Assembly: GCA_012295275.1 (NCBI GenBank)
Contig: CM022671.1
Location: 1,240,001 to 1,304,000 of the forward strand
Source: Chrysomallon squamiferum
Lineage: Eukaryota > Animalia > Mollusca
DNA: 64,000 nucleotides
Reading direction: 5' to 3'
The notes beneath the pieces were generated by a model, which searched no databases, was not told the DNA's origin, and was given only the letters and a program-made list of their open reading frames with translations. A program made the translations under genes and the position numbers. This document shows, in pieces, positions 27,750-41,417 of the stretch (position 1 is the stretch's first letter; each line of letters opens with the position of its first letter).

Positions 27750-30700
27750 CTATTTTTTTGGTTTAATACAACGATGTAGTGATTTACAGGTTGGACTCAT
27801 AATAGTTCCCATTCCAAATGACTGCTCTGGATTTTCTTGCTTTTTTTTCTGACTGTTGACTGGTTTTTTCACCATTTTCTTGGAGCTGCCAGCATGTCTG
27901 ACTTTCTTCACCACGTACTGAAGACAACTTTCAGGATACCAGGCTAAGAGGCCTGACGTCTGGCCTAGACTTGCTGGTGCACTTTGAGGTTTCTTCTTCT
28001 CATGTTCAGTTTTCTTGTCTGTCAACTCCTTGTTGCCTTCCATTCGAAGACGCTGGATGAGCATCAGGGGGATCTGTAAGCTGAAATGAAAAAATGTTAT
28101 TTAGCAACATCCTTGACCTTTGACATACAGTGTTGTAATTTACCTTCATCCTCACATTCACTGTACGTTACTGTTATTAGTGCAGTAAACCATTGTTATA
28201 AAAATATATGTATATTATTAGTATAACCATGGTATATTTCTTCATGCAGCCTTCGCTGTATTGCCCCCTTATACAGAAAAGCCATCATTTTCCACCTGAT
28301 ATATTACCCAAAACATTACTGCACAGAGAACACTTGTTACAATGCCTCTCTTTTACCCTGTCACTATACAGTGTACCCCCACCTTTCACAATGTGCAAAT
28401 ACACATGTAACTGAAACTTTGTGAACACTGTTCTATCAGCTTTCAGAATAAAAATATTTTTAATAGTTTAATATTATTTATGTTTAATTATTTTAAATTC
28501 AGTTGTATATTGTGCAATGCTTGTTTGTGCATTGTGTGAAGATATTTGTATGTATGTACAAATGTGTTCTTGTATACATGCTTATTTGTGTATGTCTGTA
28601 TGTTTCAAATATGAATGTGTGTGTAGGTTAGGAAGTTTATGGATATTTGTGTCTATTTGAAAGTGTTTGTGTGTATTTGTGTCTGTACAAATGTGCATGT
28701 ACACTGTAGTTGTACTATCAGTATGAATGTGTCTTTAGTTGTGTGTGTGAGTTTGTGTATTGTGTGTGTGTGTGTGAGAGAGAGAGTACACATGTGTGTT
28801 TGTTAACTTACTCAGGGGAACAGCTAGGGTTTTGGATGATTCCAGGCCCTTGATATTTATATGGAGATTTATCATCTTTACTGGTGAGGTCAGGAATTGA
28901 GTCATCTTCTTTGTGGTCACCTACTTGAATCTGGAACATGTCATTTAGCCGAGTTAGTGCCTCTAATACTACTACTAGAAACAGCACTGTTATATTTAAT
29001 ATTAATACTACAAGTAGGGGAGTTAGTGCCACTAATACTAGTACTAGAAACAGCACTCTTAATACTACTACCTACAATTTCAACTATTACTGTTACAAAG
29101 TCTTCTATTAAGACTATCAATAATAATATTGCTGTTATTGTTAGCAATAGTAATAATAATAATAATAATGTAAATAACAGTAATAATAGTAATAATAAAT
29201 AATAATAATAATAATAATAATAAATACTAACAAAACACTAAATATGTAACTTACTTTGTATATGGCATGTGCTGGTAAACTAGCTGATGGCAGCCACATG
29301 CTGACTTTTTTACTGTTTTCTAACACAGAAGATTTCCGGTTGTCTTTGTGTTTTTTGGAATGCTGAATGCTGTACCCTTTAATATGAAAACAGTCATTTT
29401 CAGCCAGTTGTCCAAAATTTTTTCTACCTGTAAAAGAAGGATTAAAACTGTATTTAAAAACAGAATAATATCTTTTTCATAATCACTATTATTGCTACAA
29501 TTATTACTCCTGAATTTTCTGTGGACATATAAATTATTATTATAATGATAATCTGTTATATTTTCACTACTGCAATGTCAAAAATTTAAATAAATATATA
29601 TTGGCACTATTTTTAATTATCATTATATTATAAGGTTTCTACTTTGGTTCTAAATAACCCTAAACAAAGAACTCGTATGTAACATAACTGATTGGAAAGG
29701 CAAAATTATATCCTTCACAAATTAGTGCACACTTGTTATATTATTGTCAAACTTTATTATTAGCAAAGGCTGAACTAAAAATAAGAATTAATAAAACAAA
29801 TATTTCCACAATTATTTATACATTTTTGAAAAGAAAGAAATAAACTTAATCATTTGGAAATACACATACAACATGTATTTTACTGTAAAAAGGTAGATTT
29901 GAACAAGTAATATTTTACAAAGTGTTTACTGTGAGCAACTTACGTGACTGGATTGTCCTGTTGCGTAAGTTAGCCTTGTCATCAGACTTGAGAGTTCCAA
30001 CAGACAGTGAGGTTTTAGCACTGATGTCTGGAGAGCTTTGAGTTGCATCCTGAACACTCAAGCTTCCTAACAGAGGATACTCTTCACTTTTACATCCTTT
30101 TTGGGGGTTCTGGTTGGAACAGGAAAAAAAAATGTTTATTAAAAATCTGGGACTGACAAATTCATGCAATGAGACAGTAACCGAATTTTGTTTAATCTGT
30201 TCTTGGAATTCAATGAAACAAACTGAAGTTGTGTTTATGATACATTTTTTGGTTTATTTTATCTTATTTTAAATTATTTTATTTAAATTTATTATTGTCA
30301 AAGTACTCGGAAGAAAAAATTAATAACATTTAATGAAGCTGTCTAGCAAAATGAGAGTGTTTAATTTAGATTACAATGAACTCTAACGACCAACTAATCA
30401 CGCTGACAACAATGGGAGTTTCTCTTCTTTTATTTTTGTTCAGAAAACTGTTTCTAGGCTGGACGACACGTACCACAGACTTCAGTCTGCTATGCTGCTG
30501 TGACACAACTGTGGTTGTGCTGGCTTCTGATGGCATGTTCTGAGTAACCCACACATCTTTTATTAGCTCAGCCAGGCAGGGGCGAAGTAGTGGGTTGTAC
30601 TGAAGAACTGAACGGATGAGAATTCTGAGGTCTGTGACAAAATAAAATTTACGTAAATATGCGTGTAACATATTTTATTTCAATAGGGAAATTATATACA

Positions 30701-31944
30701 CACATATATGTATGTATATATGTATGGATATTCATGTTTGTATGTGCAGGAGTATGTATATATGTGTCTGTGTATGTATGTGTGTATGTATGTATGTATG
30801 TATGCATGCATTTATATTTCTATAAAAGTAGGTCTGTGTATACAAGTGTTTCTATATTTCTGTGTATGTTGTGCATGTGTGTGTGTGTACTTCCACAGAA
30901 TTTTACTTTTAACAGGCTAACAAATTTTGATTATAAAATAAATAGAAAAACCTTTCAAAGGCCCTGTCACTGCTAATTACTATGTATGTATGTATGTACA
31001 TCTTCTTCATCTTGTGTGCACATGTATATATATTTATTTGTGTATGTGTGTGTGTATTTGTATTTTTGTTTTTCCATGTGTGTCTGTTTGTTTGCGTGTG
31101 TGTGTAAAAAAAAAAAAATTCTAGAATAAATGATTTACCATAAGAAACACTTGGATCAAAACTAAGTCTCTGCATTTTCATATTTCCATCCATTTCATCA
31201 AGATTCCTGTCTTCAAATGGCAGCTTACCATTGGCCATAGAAAATAGAATAACACCTCTGAAATAAATAATTAAATAAATAGGAAACTTACTGAAAATAA
31301 TCATAAAGCTAAAGTAAATATTGGCTCCAAACATATATACATAATTCTTTAAATTTTGTTAATTATTAATTAGATTCAGGAAAAATATTTCTATAATAAC
31401 AACAACAACAATAATGATAATGATAATATATAACAATAATAATAATAATTATTATTATTATTGTTGTTGTTTTTACTAACTAAATAATATTTACAAGCTC
31501 CAAATAAGAACAATAATGACAATGATTGTTGTTGTTGTTGTTCTTCTTCTTCTTCTTATCATTATTAGTATAATAAATAAATAAATATTTACAAGCTCCA
31601 GATATCAGCCTTGAATCCATCATAGAGCTTGTGTTTGATGACCTCTGGTGCAGAGTAGGTGTAAGAACCGCAAGGTGTCTTCAGAAAACGATTTCGATCT
31701 GTGTACTGGCAGGAGAAACCTAAATCTGAAACAGTGTGCAGAAAAGAACTGTCAGTGAGATAGTGGATGTACCATACGTTTCCAAAACAGTTAAAGATAT
31801 AAAAATCTAAAAAGTAATATTCTAAACAAAATTTTGCATGTGAAAGTTTTGCTGTTCCAATATTTTAACAATAATTAAAAAAAGGTTTCTTTTCCTAATT
31901 TTTTTTTTTTTCTTTATCCTGATTTTATAACAGTAAAATAATGG

Positions 31945-31982
<38 letters not shown>

Positions 31983-33799
31983 CAATAACAATAACAATAA
32001 TAATAAAAACAACAACAACATTAATGTACCTGTTATCCTCACATTCATATCATGAGTCAACAGTATATTTTCACACTTCAGATCTCTTTACAAAAAGAAA
32101 AAAGAAATGAAAAAGAAATCAATAATAATAAAAATAATAATCTATTTAACATATATATAACAGATTCTGAATATAATCTGGTTTTAGTTATTTCTGTTTA
32201 TTTATCTGAATTTTATTTTGATCAGTTTTCTTTTAAAATATTAATATATTGTGCTAAAGGATCCTTCTGGTTTATATTTACATTATCTATAATCTTTGCT
32301 GCTACCAGGTTCCCTAGAAACCATTTTCTGAAGCCTGACTCCCTACTGTGTTCAGACCTGCTCATAGTCAGAAAAAATACAACAGTGCCTTTTATAAACC
32401 AACTTTTGGAAAGACAGTACTCAAAGAACACAGGATATTTATCTACTAACTTTTCGAACCATGTGCAGACACTATAATCACTAAGATATTTAATGCTTCT
32501 CTGAGGTTCTAACAGGTTTGTCAGCTCATTCATTTGTCTGTTAGTTCATCTTATAATAATATGTTATAATTTAAAACAAATATGCACCTATGAACAATGT
32601 TGTACTTGTGCATGTGCATCAAACCATGACATATCTGTCTGAATATCTTCCTGCTCAGACTTTCATCCAGACCTTTGCTGTGTCCGGTGTTCAGATTGCT
32701 GTTAATTAGATCCAGCAAATCTCCCTTCTCACAGTACTCCAACACAACAAAGACATGATCAGAGCTCCAGAAGTGTTCAAATATCTGAATCTGAGACGAC
32801 TATTGCTTATTAATGAATGAATCAACAAATAAATAAAAGTAAGTACATGTTCTTTATTTATTTATTTATTTAACGTTCTAAATAATAAAAAAAAATATAT
32901 CATTTAAAAAAAAAGGGTTGTGTCTGAGACATTAAACCACTGCTCAGCAAATGACCACAATGGAACTATCATTTCATACGATTTTCACTTAAGTGTAAGA
33001 AAAGGAAAAAAAAAACTTACAACGTTTGGGTGATACGGCAGTAAGCAATGGTTAGACAACTCTCTGGGCAAAAATCTTTGCAGAAACTCTCGTGGTATGA
33101 CTCGTTTATCTATAATTTTGATAGCAACCTAATAAAGAAACCAATAAATAAATAAATTTTACGATTTTTAAAGAAAATAAACATAATAAAGTAACTATAA
33201 TTTTCACCGGGATATTAACAATCAAATGATATTTTGTTATCCACGAGTTGAGTAACTTCTGAGCCTAACAAGGCCAATATGATGAACTTATATTTGTTGC
33301 TGTTGTTTTATCTTCCTTAAAACACTATTTTATTTTCTGCAGTAAAAATTATTTGTTTTTTTTTTTCAAAGATTTTGTTTCTGATAAAAAATGTCACTAT
33401 TTAGGTAGCGAAAATTTACACACATGCACTCACTCACTAATACAATTTTTTTGTCATTTCTGTTTTACATAAAAACAAAATAAATACCAGCCGATTCGTT
33501 TCTTTCATGCCACGAAAGTATGATTTTAGCTTTCCAACCTTCCATGACAGAACTTGGGCTAGTCTCACTTTTGCGTATTCTCCTTCCCCCAACTCATTAT
33601 TCGTAAGCCTGTAACCATGAGTATAGCATTCTTTTACCAAGAAGGCTTCTTGTTCTTGGCCGAATCCAAGAGACGCCAGCCTGTTTCTTGCATTTTGCAT
33701 AGCAATATTGGTTGTCCTTTTGTAAGGCAATTTAAAGAGATGATTTTTCTTTTTATCACCAATTTCATAGATTCCATGGATGCATGTTACATCCTCCAT
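27750..33799 (-). CDS. TSSK5: testis-specific serine/threonine kinase, TSSK5-like, ~649 aa with long C-terminal tail
   Basis: Exons (- strand): 33799-33488, 33128-33021, 32790-32588, 32085-32030, 31725-31593, 31257-31139, 30631-30402, 30109-29944, 29427-29255, 28930-28812, 28080-27750. Total 1950 nt, open frame. Motifs: GEGEYAKV, VAIK, FLPREL (TSSK hallmark), HRDLKCENILL, DLG, TPCGSYTYSAPE, ADIWSLGVIL, GKLPF. ECYTHGYRL, the insert before VAIK and GDLLDLIN...GLDES resemble TSSK5 as recalled from memory. Kinase call is firm; TSSK5 subfamily is less so. Confidence 0.85.
28950..29070. repeat. ~69-bp tandem duplication in TSSK intron
   Basis: GAGTTAGTGCC(T/A)CTAATACTA(C/G)TACTAGAAACAGCACT appears twice (~28951 and ~29020). 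Confidence 0.8.
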
Positions 33800-33834
33800 T
33801 TTATATACAATAAAATTAAATTACTGCACTGGGA

Positions 33835-33930
33835 CGCAAGCCTTGGTAACGTGAATGACACTTTGTCATGACGTCAACCTTAGAAACATAATTACGAGGT
33901 ATTTCGTCATTTAGCTGATTACGTAATAAA
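33835..33930 (-). promoter_or_regulatory. proximal promoter motif cluster upstream of the TSSK gene
   Basis: Perfect CRE TGACGTCA 33869-33876; TTACGTAA 33919-33926; X-box-like half site GTTACCAAGG (33850-33841); inverted TGACA/TGTCA pair 33856-33868. All lie within ~130 bp of the ATG. Confidence 0.5.
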
Positions 33931-35504
33931 GAGAACTGCAGTTTTTGTTGTTGTTGTTGTTGTCTTTTAAAAAAAATGTAAATTCACAATAAATTTAATT
34001 AATGTTTTACCTGTAGTTCCTATCTGTCTTATAAACTACACATAAATACGTAGCAATCACTAGTGAATGGTCATTCTTTTGTTTCATATTAAGATGTTAA
34101 CGATGGATATTAAAATTAAACATGAAACAATAAATTTTCGAATTTTGTTAATTAGAGCCTTAGGAAGTTTCAACGTAATATTTTTGATTTTCTATTAAGG
34201 AGCGTCATTGACAGCAAAATGAATATGGTTGGATTTATGTGCAGACATGTATAATCATAACCCTCCCACAAATTTGCTGGCCTAAAATCACTCTGAACTT
34301 AATGTATTCTACCCACAGTTACATGTACATTCAGTGAAAATGCAGAATTTTATCTTATTTTATATTTTAAAAAGGACAGTAACAATTTAGATCGTTTATA
34401 CTGAAGTAGTTGTTCCATATATCTGCCTCATAATTATTTAGATTATCGTATAATTAATTTATATAAATAAATAGTCATGATAAAAAAAAAAAAAAAAAAA
34501 TCATAATAAAAAAAAAAAAAAAAATCAAATCAAATCAAATCAAAAATAAGATAAAAATAAAATAGGGACAGATCTATTGGCCAAGTTTTATGCTGTTCTT
34601 TAGAAATTTCTGCAACAGTAGAATATCTAGAAAGCATTCACAAGATTTAACCACTATAGAATCTATATGGAACGAATTAACGTAAAAATACATACGTATC
34701 TACCCAGATAGACACATATACACAAACACAAATGTACATGTACAAACACATACACCGGTGGAGTAGAATTACTGAAACGGACCTTAAAGTATTAAAAGGA
34801 AAGTTATTTCCATGAAACGGGATGCCATCTAATAAACTGAATCCTGGAAATCAGACCATCACAGAAATCTAATAAAACATTTCAAACAGTCCTTTTTAAA
34901 TCTCACAAGAACAGCCTACTAGTATGCTCAGTTACCATCTGAAATAGATACGCGGATCTCCATTTAAAATGATTTTAATCCTGTAATGTCACATAGTAAC
35001 GATGTGTGAACTTTTTGAAACAAAATATTTAAATTGTCGAAGAACTATGAGAAATATGTTTAGTACTTAATTACTTAAATAAAATAACAGTATTGTTTGT
35101 GTTTGTGTTACTGATACTATACTATACTATACCTATTAATCAGAAACTGATTAGCATTCAAGTTTCAGTATGGGAACAGTCACAAGGTTTGTTGAAAATA
35201 AGAAACAGATAAAAAGTGTAAAAACATAATTTAGATCAACTGGGAAAAGTATGGTTGTGCAGCAAGATACCAAGGTGAGATGTGGCTATACGTGAGAGGT
35301 TCAGTGACAAAGCCGGTTATTTGGTAAACAAAATTTTTGACTTCCATATAAAATCTAGAGAAGATGATAAATAAACAAAACTGACTGACATATACTTACC
35401 CTTCCCTACAAATTTGTTGCATTGATTTGTATCAGATATAATGTATATGTAACTGTGCTGATTAAACTAATAATTTTAATTGTTGTTGTTTATCGTTGTA
35501 CCAC

Positions 35505-35589
35505 CCACGCCACACACACACACACACACACACCCATACACACACACGCACACACACACACACACACTAGACACACACACAAACACAAA

Positions 35590-35655
<66 letters not shown>

Positions 35656-35660
35656 CACAC
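35505..35660. repeat. (CA)n microsatellite
   Basis: Directly visible, interrupted. Confidence 0.95.
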
Positions 35661-36631
35661 ATATCACAGAAAATGTATAAAATCACGTAATCTATGGAAT
35701 GCCTGAATATATCAAACAATTTACACACTGCTCGACTTCTCCAGGTAATCTTTTGACATTGTCTGAAATACAGAATTCCTTGCTTGTGATCAGCTTTTAA
35801 CTCTACGAGGGATCAATATCCGTGTAGGGGAGGAGGGGGTAAGGTGTGTCATTTTCCAGTTAAGTCGACCTGGAGTCCAAGGTTTCAACATCTCCACAGA
35901 AATGAACAGAGAAAAGATCTTCGTATATATGGGCAATATTAATACCACAGGATTTCTCATATTGGCTTTGTAAAGTGGCACAGCGTACCTCATACTTGGG
36001 GTAAGTTGTGCCACATTTTGAGGCAAGCTGTCCCAGTTTGGGTTAAGATGTGCCAGTAGTGCAAATGGCAATAACATGCACATTGTTTATAACATATTTG
36101 TTTTTCATGATTCTGAATCGACCAAATGTAATGGTACCAAAATGTGATAGCTCTGATTAAAACACTCTTACACTTCAACCTATAACTTTCATAACGACTG
36201 ATACAAAACTTACACTAATCATCCCAGGGGAAAAAAACAACAACTGTATATATAGACCTGTGAATGATTATGGTATATTCCAAACTATTTTGTAGGCTGT
36301 ACAGGTAATAATATTATCTCGTGCAGATCTCCCAGCAGTATTTGGCTTGTGAAGTTTATCATATTCAACTGATTCTGGATCAGAATCGGAGCAGTTTGAC
36401 TCATCCACGTGATGCAGCTCCACTACTTGTTTCTTGACTTTTTTGCAATAGGTACAGTGGCCATTTGTCGTTTTTCATTTCTTACGTGTTTTTGCGATAA
36501 CTGGCACTAGGAAATATGAACACGTCAACAAGAAAGTACGCTAACAATAATCAGTAGATGGCAGCACCAGTCACTCATATCCACCCAGATATCCCTCCTC
36601 CCCTAACTGTGGATGTGTCTTTGCATATATT

Positions 36632-36634
<3 letters not shown>

Positions 36635-36685
<51 letters not shown>

Positions 36686-36706
36686 GGTGGGTGGGTGGGT
36701 GGGTGT
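36635..36706. repeat. (TG)n(GGGT)n microsatellite
   Basis: Directly visible. Confidence 0.95.
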
Positions 36707-37125
36707 GCTATATGAGTGTGTTTCAGTGTGTTGCCGATTAAAGCAGGACTCGCTTAAGGCATTACACATTGTAGGAAAGAAGCTTCTTTGTGTCAGAACT
36801 GGGTAATATTCTGTTCCAACCAGGCAAATGACTGGCTTTTCAACGTTTATACTAACCTGTTGAATACAGTATGTATAAAACTGGAGCAAAATTAATAATT
36901 TTGGTTTAACCTGCATCATTTAAAAAAAAAAAAAAAAAAATTATTGTTATACTAGAACTCTGTTAATACTTAATAAATACTAATATTAAAACGTTACACA
37001 GATGTCACTGATTTATTTGTAATTACCTACTAAATCATAACTGAATGACACACACAAAAACGTTTACAATATACAGTATATCTCTTATTTCTAATGATTA
37101 TAGTTCTTTACAATGCATGTAACGT

Positions 37126-37161
<36 letters not shown>

Positions 37162-37727
37162 AGACAAACAGAATAATAATAATAGTTATATCCACTTACT
37201 CTTTACTCTTTTGTTATTGCTATTTACACATAATTATTTTCGCCAATTTACAATACAATATTCACAAGTATATACTGGACAAATGTGTAGCTACGTTGTA
37301 ACCAGTAAATAATACTATTGTATTCTTTAAGGTTTCCCGAGGAAAGAGTTATTCGTCCATATCCTCGAGAATCAGATATTCAACTAGTAGGAGTTACCTA
37401 ATATCACACCAAATACACATTCTCCAGAAATGGGGTTTTTCCAGTAACTATTTATGTTATCACCATAGCAGGACGTAGAAACATATACCAGTTAATGCGC
37501 AGTTTAGTCCAAGGTGGAAAGGACGGAAACAAATAAAGTAAGTATTTATTTATTAATAACAGAGATTTTGAACAGGTGGATATATCAGTTGAAATATTTT
37601 ATATTAATGTATGAATTCTATATATCCATGATAAAAAAAATAAATAAATAATAATTTAAAAAAAAGAAAAAAGACCATAACTAATAGAAAGAAAATAATT
37701 TAATGTGTATATACCTTGTTTTGTAGA

Positions 37728-39072
37728 ATGGACAGGCATTCATCTTCCGACCGTTTTTCTGGATTTGGAGCACAACAACATGTGCAAGTGCAAAGAGCAG
37801 GTTTGTTGAAACAACAGCGTTTTTTAAACATTTAATACTAAATTAATTTATACAATAAAAACAAACAAAATTAAAATTTGTTGAAACAACAATGATTCTT
37901 AAATACTAATACTATTTATGGAATATAAATTTGCCGCAACGACAACATAGCTTCTGAAGTCCATTTGTCTTTCTTTACTGAAGAATATTAATAAATCACA
38001 TTATTTAAGTGAACATTTGTTATTTATTCAGATTTATATGTGTTAGCATTTTAAAGTATAAAATAATGAAATTTAATGTATGACCTATGTTACCAGATAC
38101 AGATCAGTGCTGGTTTTACATGACATTAATGTACTGATTGCAGCTTTGATTAAGATTTATAATATTTGGTAAACGGATTAATTAGGCCAATTGTTTTTGT
38201 TACGGTATTTATTTTTGATTACAGAATCAAGTACATCGTTCATATCAAGAGAAGAAATGATAAATAAAACAATGAATCAAATAAAAAGTTATGCTCCTTC
38301 AGAATTCGCAGAAATAACGTCTAACATGAAACTGAAAGAACAGGTGACAAAAGAAATTACCAACGTACACGAACTAACAATGAAACTGTCCCAGGAATTT
38401 CCGACCGGTCGTGAATACAACCAGAGAGAAGTTGAACAGAAAATGAAAAAGATTTTCTCTGACGAACAAATCCGACGTATCAAAAGAGGTCTTCAGATTC
38501 CAACTGCCAAACTGGATATGAGTTCAGACTACCTAGATATTACGATCTTCGACAGTGATCGAATTGAATCTGTCCTTTTACGGAAGCAACTGGCTACTTT
38601 TGCTGAATTTGGAAAGTACATTCAGAAATCCAGCGTCTTGGTAGAAGCTCTGTTATTGTTTGCTTCAGTGGCTGAAAAAGTACCATCTTACTCATCGGAG
38701 AGCATGAAGGATGCCCTGGAAAAAGGTGTTGATTTCATTAAAACGACTGGGGGAATTTCCTCAGCCTTGATGAAATGTGTGGAGAGTTGGACTGATTCTG
38801 GTAACAGCATTTGGAAGAAAGCTTATACTTTAGCAGAACTGATGGTGGATTTGTTCAAATCTTCCTGCGCAGTGTTTCTCGATATAATAAAAAGCCTGTT
38901 TAAAAACAAGTCATCAGTGGAATGGATAATGTGTTGTGTACGCCTTGTCGCCTTCTTCGGATCATACATTAATCCACTGGTTCCAGTAATAGCATCCGCT
39001 GCCGCCGATGTTGCTGATTTCGCACTTAAGTTCAAAAATGTCATGATGTTAATAAATGCTTTGAAAAAATGA
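37728..39072 (+). CDS. uncharacterised, predicted alpha-helical protein, ~306 aa, two coding exons
   Basis: ATG 37728; exon to 37800 (phase-1 donor GTTTGT) joins acceptor TTACAG|38225 in frame with the 293-codon ORF ending TGA 39072 (921 nt total). A likely upstream non-coding exon ends at 37537 (GTAAGT). Confidence 0.75.
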
Positions 39073-40469
39073 ACTTGATAACAAATATATCTAAAGCCAA
39101 GCTTGCAAAGAAATTTAAGGGAACATTAATTTTTGTTTGAAGGACATCAGTGTATAATTTAATTTGGGTTGCTTGCTTTGAAATAACGCATTTAGATGGC
39201 ATTATTTACATTCCAGACTTAACAATACTTTATATAATTATATATGTATCTATGATCACATGTAGATAGTGCAGTGTTAAAATGCATTTTTATTACCGAT
39301 TTATTCTAATTTTCTGATTCTTTTCTGATTTTTATTATTTTTTACTACTTATTCTTCTTTATAAAACAGTAAACCTATATTACATTAATTTGAATGTACA
39401 GTAAATATCAAATAATTTCTTTTTAAATTAGTGGGGTTTTGAAACACGGGACGCCTGTAGATGTATTCCGAGCCTTTTCTAAAATACATATTCTATCCTT
39501 ATTTTTTTATTATTATCCCCCACCCACCCCGAGAAAATGATATTTTAAAGAACACTTTACAGATGGTCTATTTCTGGATTTTTTATTATTGTTGTTGTTG
39601 TATTTTTGCATTCCACACGTGTGCTACGCCTTTGACTAATAATTTCATATTGTTTTGCATATATATATAATTTTTAATTTTTGTTTTGTTTAGTTTTACT
39701 TCATTATTTTAAGTTGTTTATATATTTATTTATTTAATTATTTTCTAAATTAATTATGAACTAACTTTAAAATGCCTATTTTTATTTTGTGTTTTAGACT
39801 GGGACTTCAGTTTGTTATAATTTGACAGCTTATATACAGGGACATTCATCCTTAAAATATATAAGGATTCACTTCTATACATATATTCCTTAGTTTAGTT
39901 ACATAAAATCTCATTACTTTTTCTACTTAAGTTAACAACAAAAATAATTTTAATGACTTAATGAATATTGTATAACAATAGTTAGAATTTTTTAGTAATA
40001 AAGACTCAAAATTTCGTTGTTGTTTGGTTTTTTTTATTTCATTTACCTATCTTTCAAATATTCAAATATATGGATGGTATTGAAAAAAAAAACATAGCAG
40101 TAATCAAAACGAATGACACTGGTGGAATAAAAGCAAACTGTGCAACTACGTATCAAATAATTGGGCGTGGTCTGAATATGTCACAAGACTGTCTCTTTAT
40201 AAAGAATGCAACTGAATGGGGTTTTTGACCTGCAGTTGTTTTTGTCGATTTTATTATTGATCATGTTGTTGAAACTCAGCTGCAGATGCAAACACAAAGA
40301 CACACACAAATTTCTACATATTTATTTTTTGATAGTAACACTTCTTTATGTTGCTAATTAAAGGCTTCCAGTCACAGTTAGATCACTATCACAATATGGC
40401 TGAACAAAAACCATAGCTGCTTTTTCCAAGATATTTCTTTACTATGACGATTATATGATCATTCAAAAT

Positions 40470-40509
<40 letters not shown>

Positions 40510-40662
40510 TAATATTAATAATCATTGCCATCATAATAATCATTCATTAGCTTTTTTTTTTTATACATTTAAAAAAAAAAAATAAAGTAGGTTACATGAA
40601 ACAAATTTTATTAATTACAATTTAGAAAAGATAGGTTTCCCATCTACTTTCATCCAGACTGT

Positions 40663-41417
40663 TTATTTGTCCCTGCTTGTATTAGAACATGGACACGCAT
40701 GTACACTGTGACTTCTTAATGAAGAAAACCACTTGAATCTCTTGTCACACTTCAGACACTTGTGTGGTCTCACTGGCTTGTTGTTCTGGACGTAACATCT
40801 CAGGTTATTGTGGTCCAGTAATGATGACCTCCACCTGAAAGTTTTATCACAAAACTTGCACCTGTACTGCTTCTCCCCGTGTTTGCCCTTAACATGCTGT
40901 TTGTAGATTTGCAGAGAGGTGAAAGATACTGCACACACATTGCACACTATCTTCTTCAGGCACTGTTCAAGGTGCTTTTGGAGAGCTGGGTTATGTTTGA
41001 ATCCTCGGCCACACAGATGACACAAGAAACTGCTGGAATTTTCTAGAAGTTTTGTGTGTATCTTCATATGCTTCTCCAGATGGACTTGGTCATAGGTTTT
41101 ATAAAAGCAGACGTAACACTGGAAATGTCCCACCTCGTCGTGCCATTTTATTCTGTGTCTTCTCAGACTTTGTTTGGTGGTGAAGGATTTACCGCAGGTA
41201 TCACACAGGTAGCTGCTGCTTCTGTGGACTGATTTTATGTGATTTTGGAGTTGTGGACCATCTGCAAAATGCTTCTTGCAATAGGAACAGAGAGGATTTT
41301 TGAGAAAAATTTCATGTTTTCTTCTTATGTGTATTTTGATGCTGAGGTATTTTTCAAGGCTGACTGCATAATCACACTGCTTACATCTGAACATGGAGCC
41401 CTCTCTCTTGACATACT
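40663..41417 (-). CDS. C2H2 ZF gene 2, alternative terminal exon J (8 fingers, 3 of them C2HC)
   Basis: Acceptor TTTCAG|41417 is phase 1; in-frame join to donor 43867 gives 600 aa; own stop at 40663; AATAAA at ~40612-40607. Confidence 0.8.

Noticed and set aside
32052-32533. 141-aa and 103-aa ORFs in TSSK intron 3
   Set aside because: No recognisable motifs; the kinase frame is complete without them (HR|DLK joins directly).
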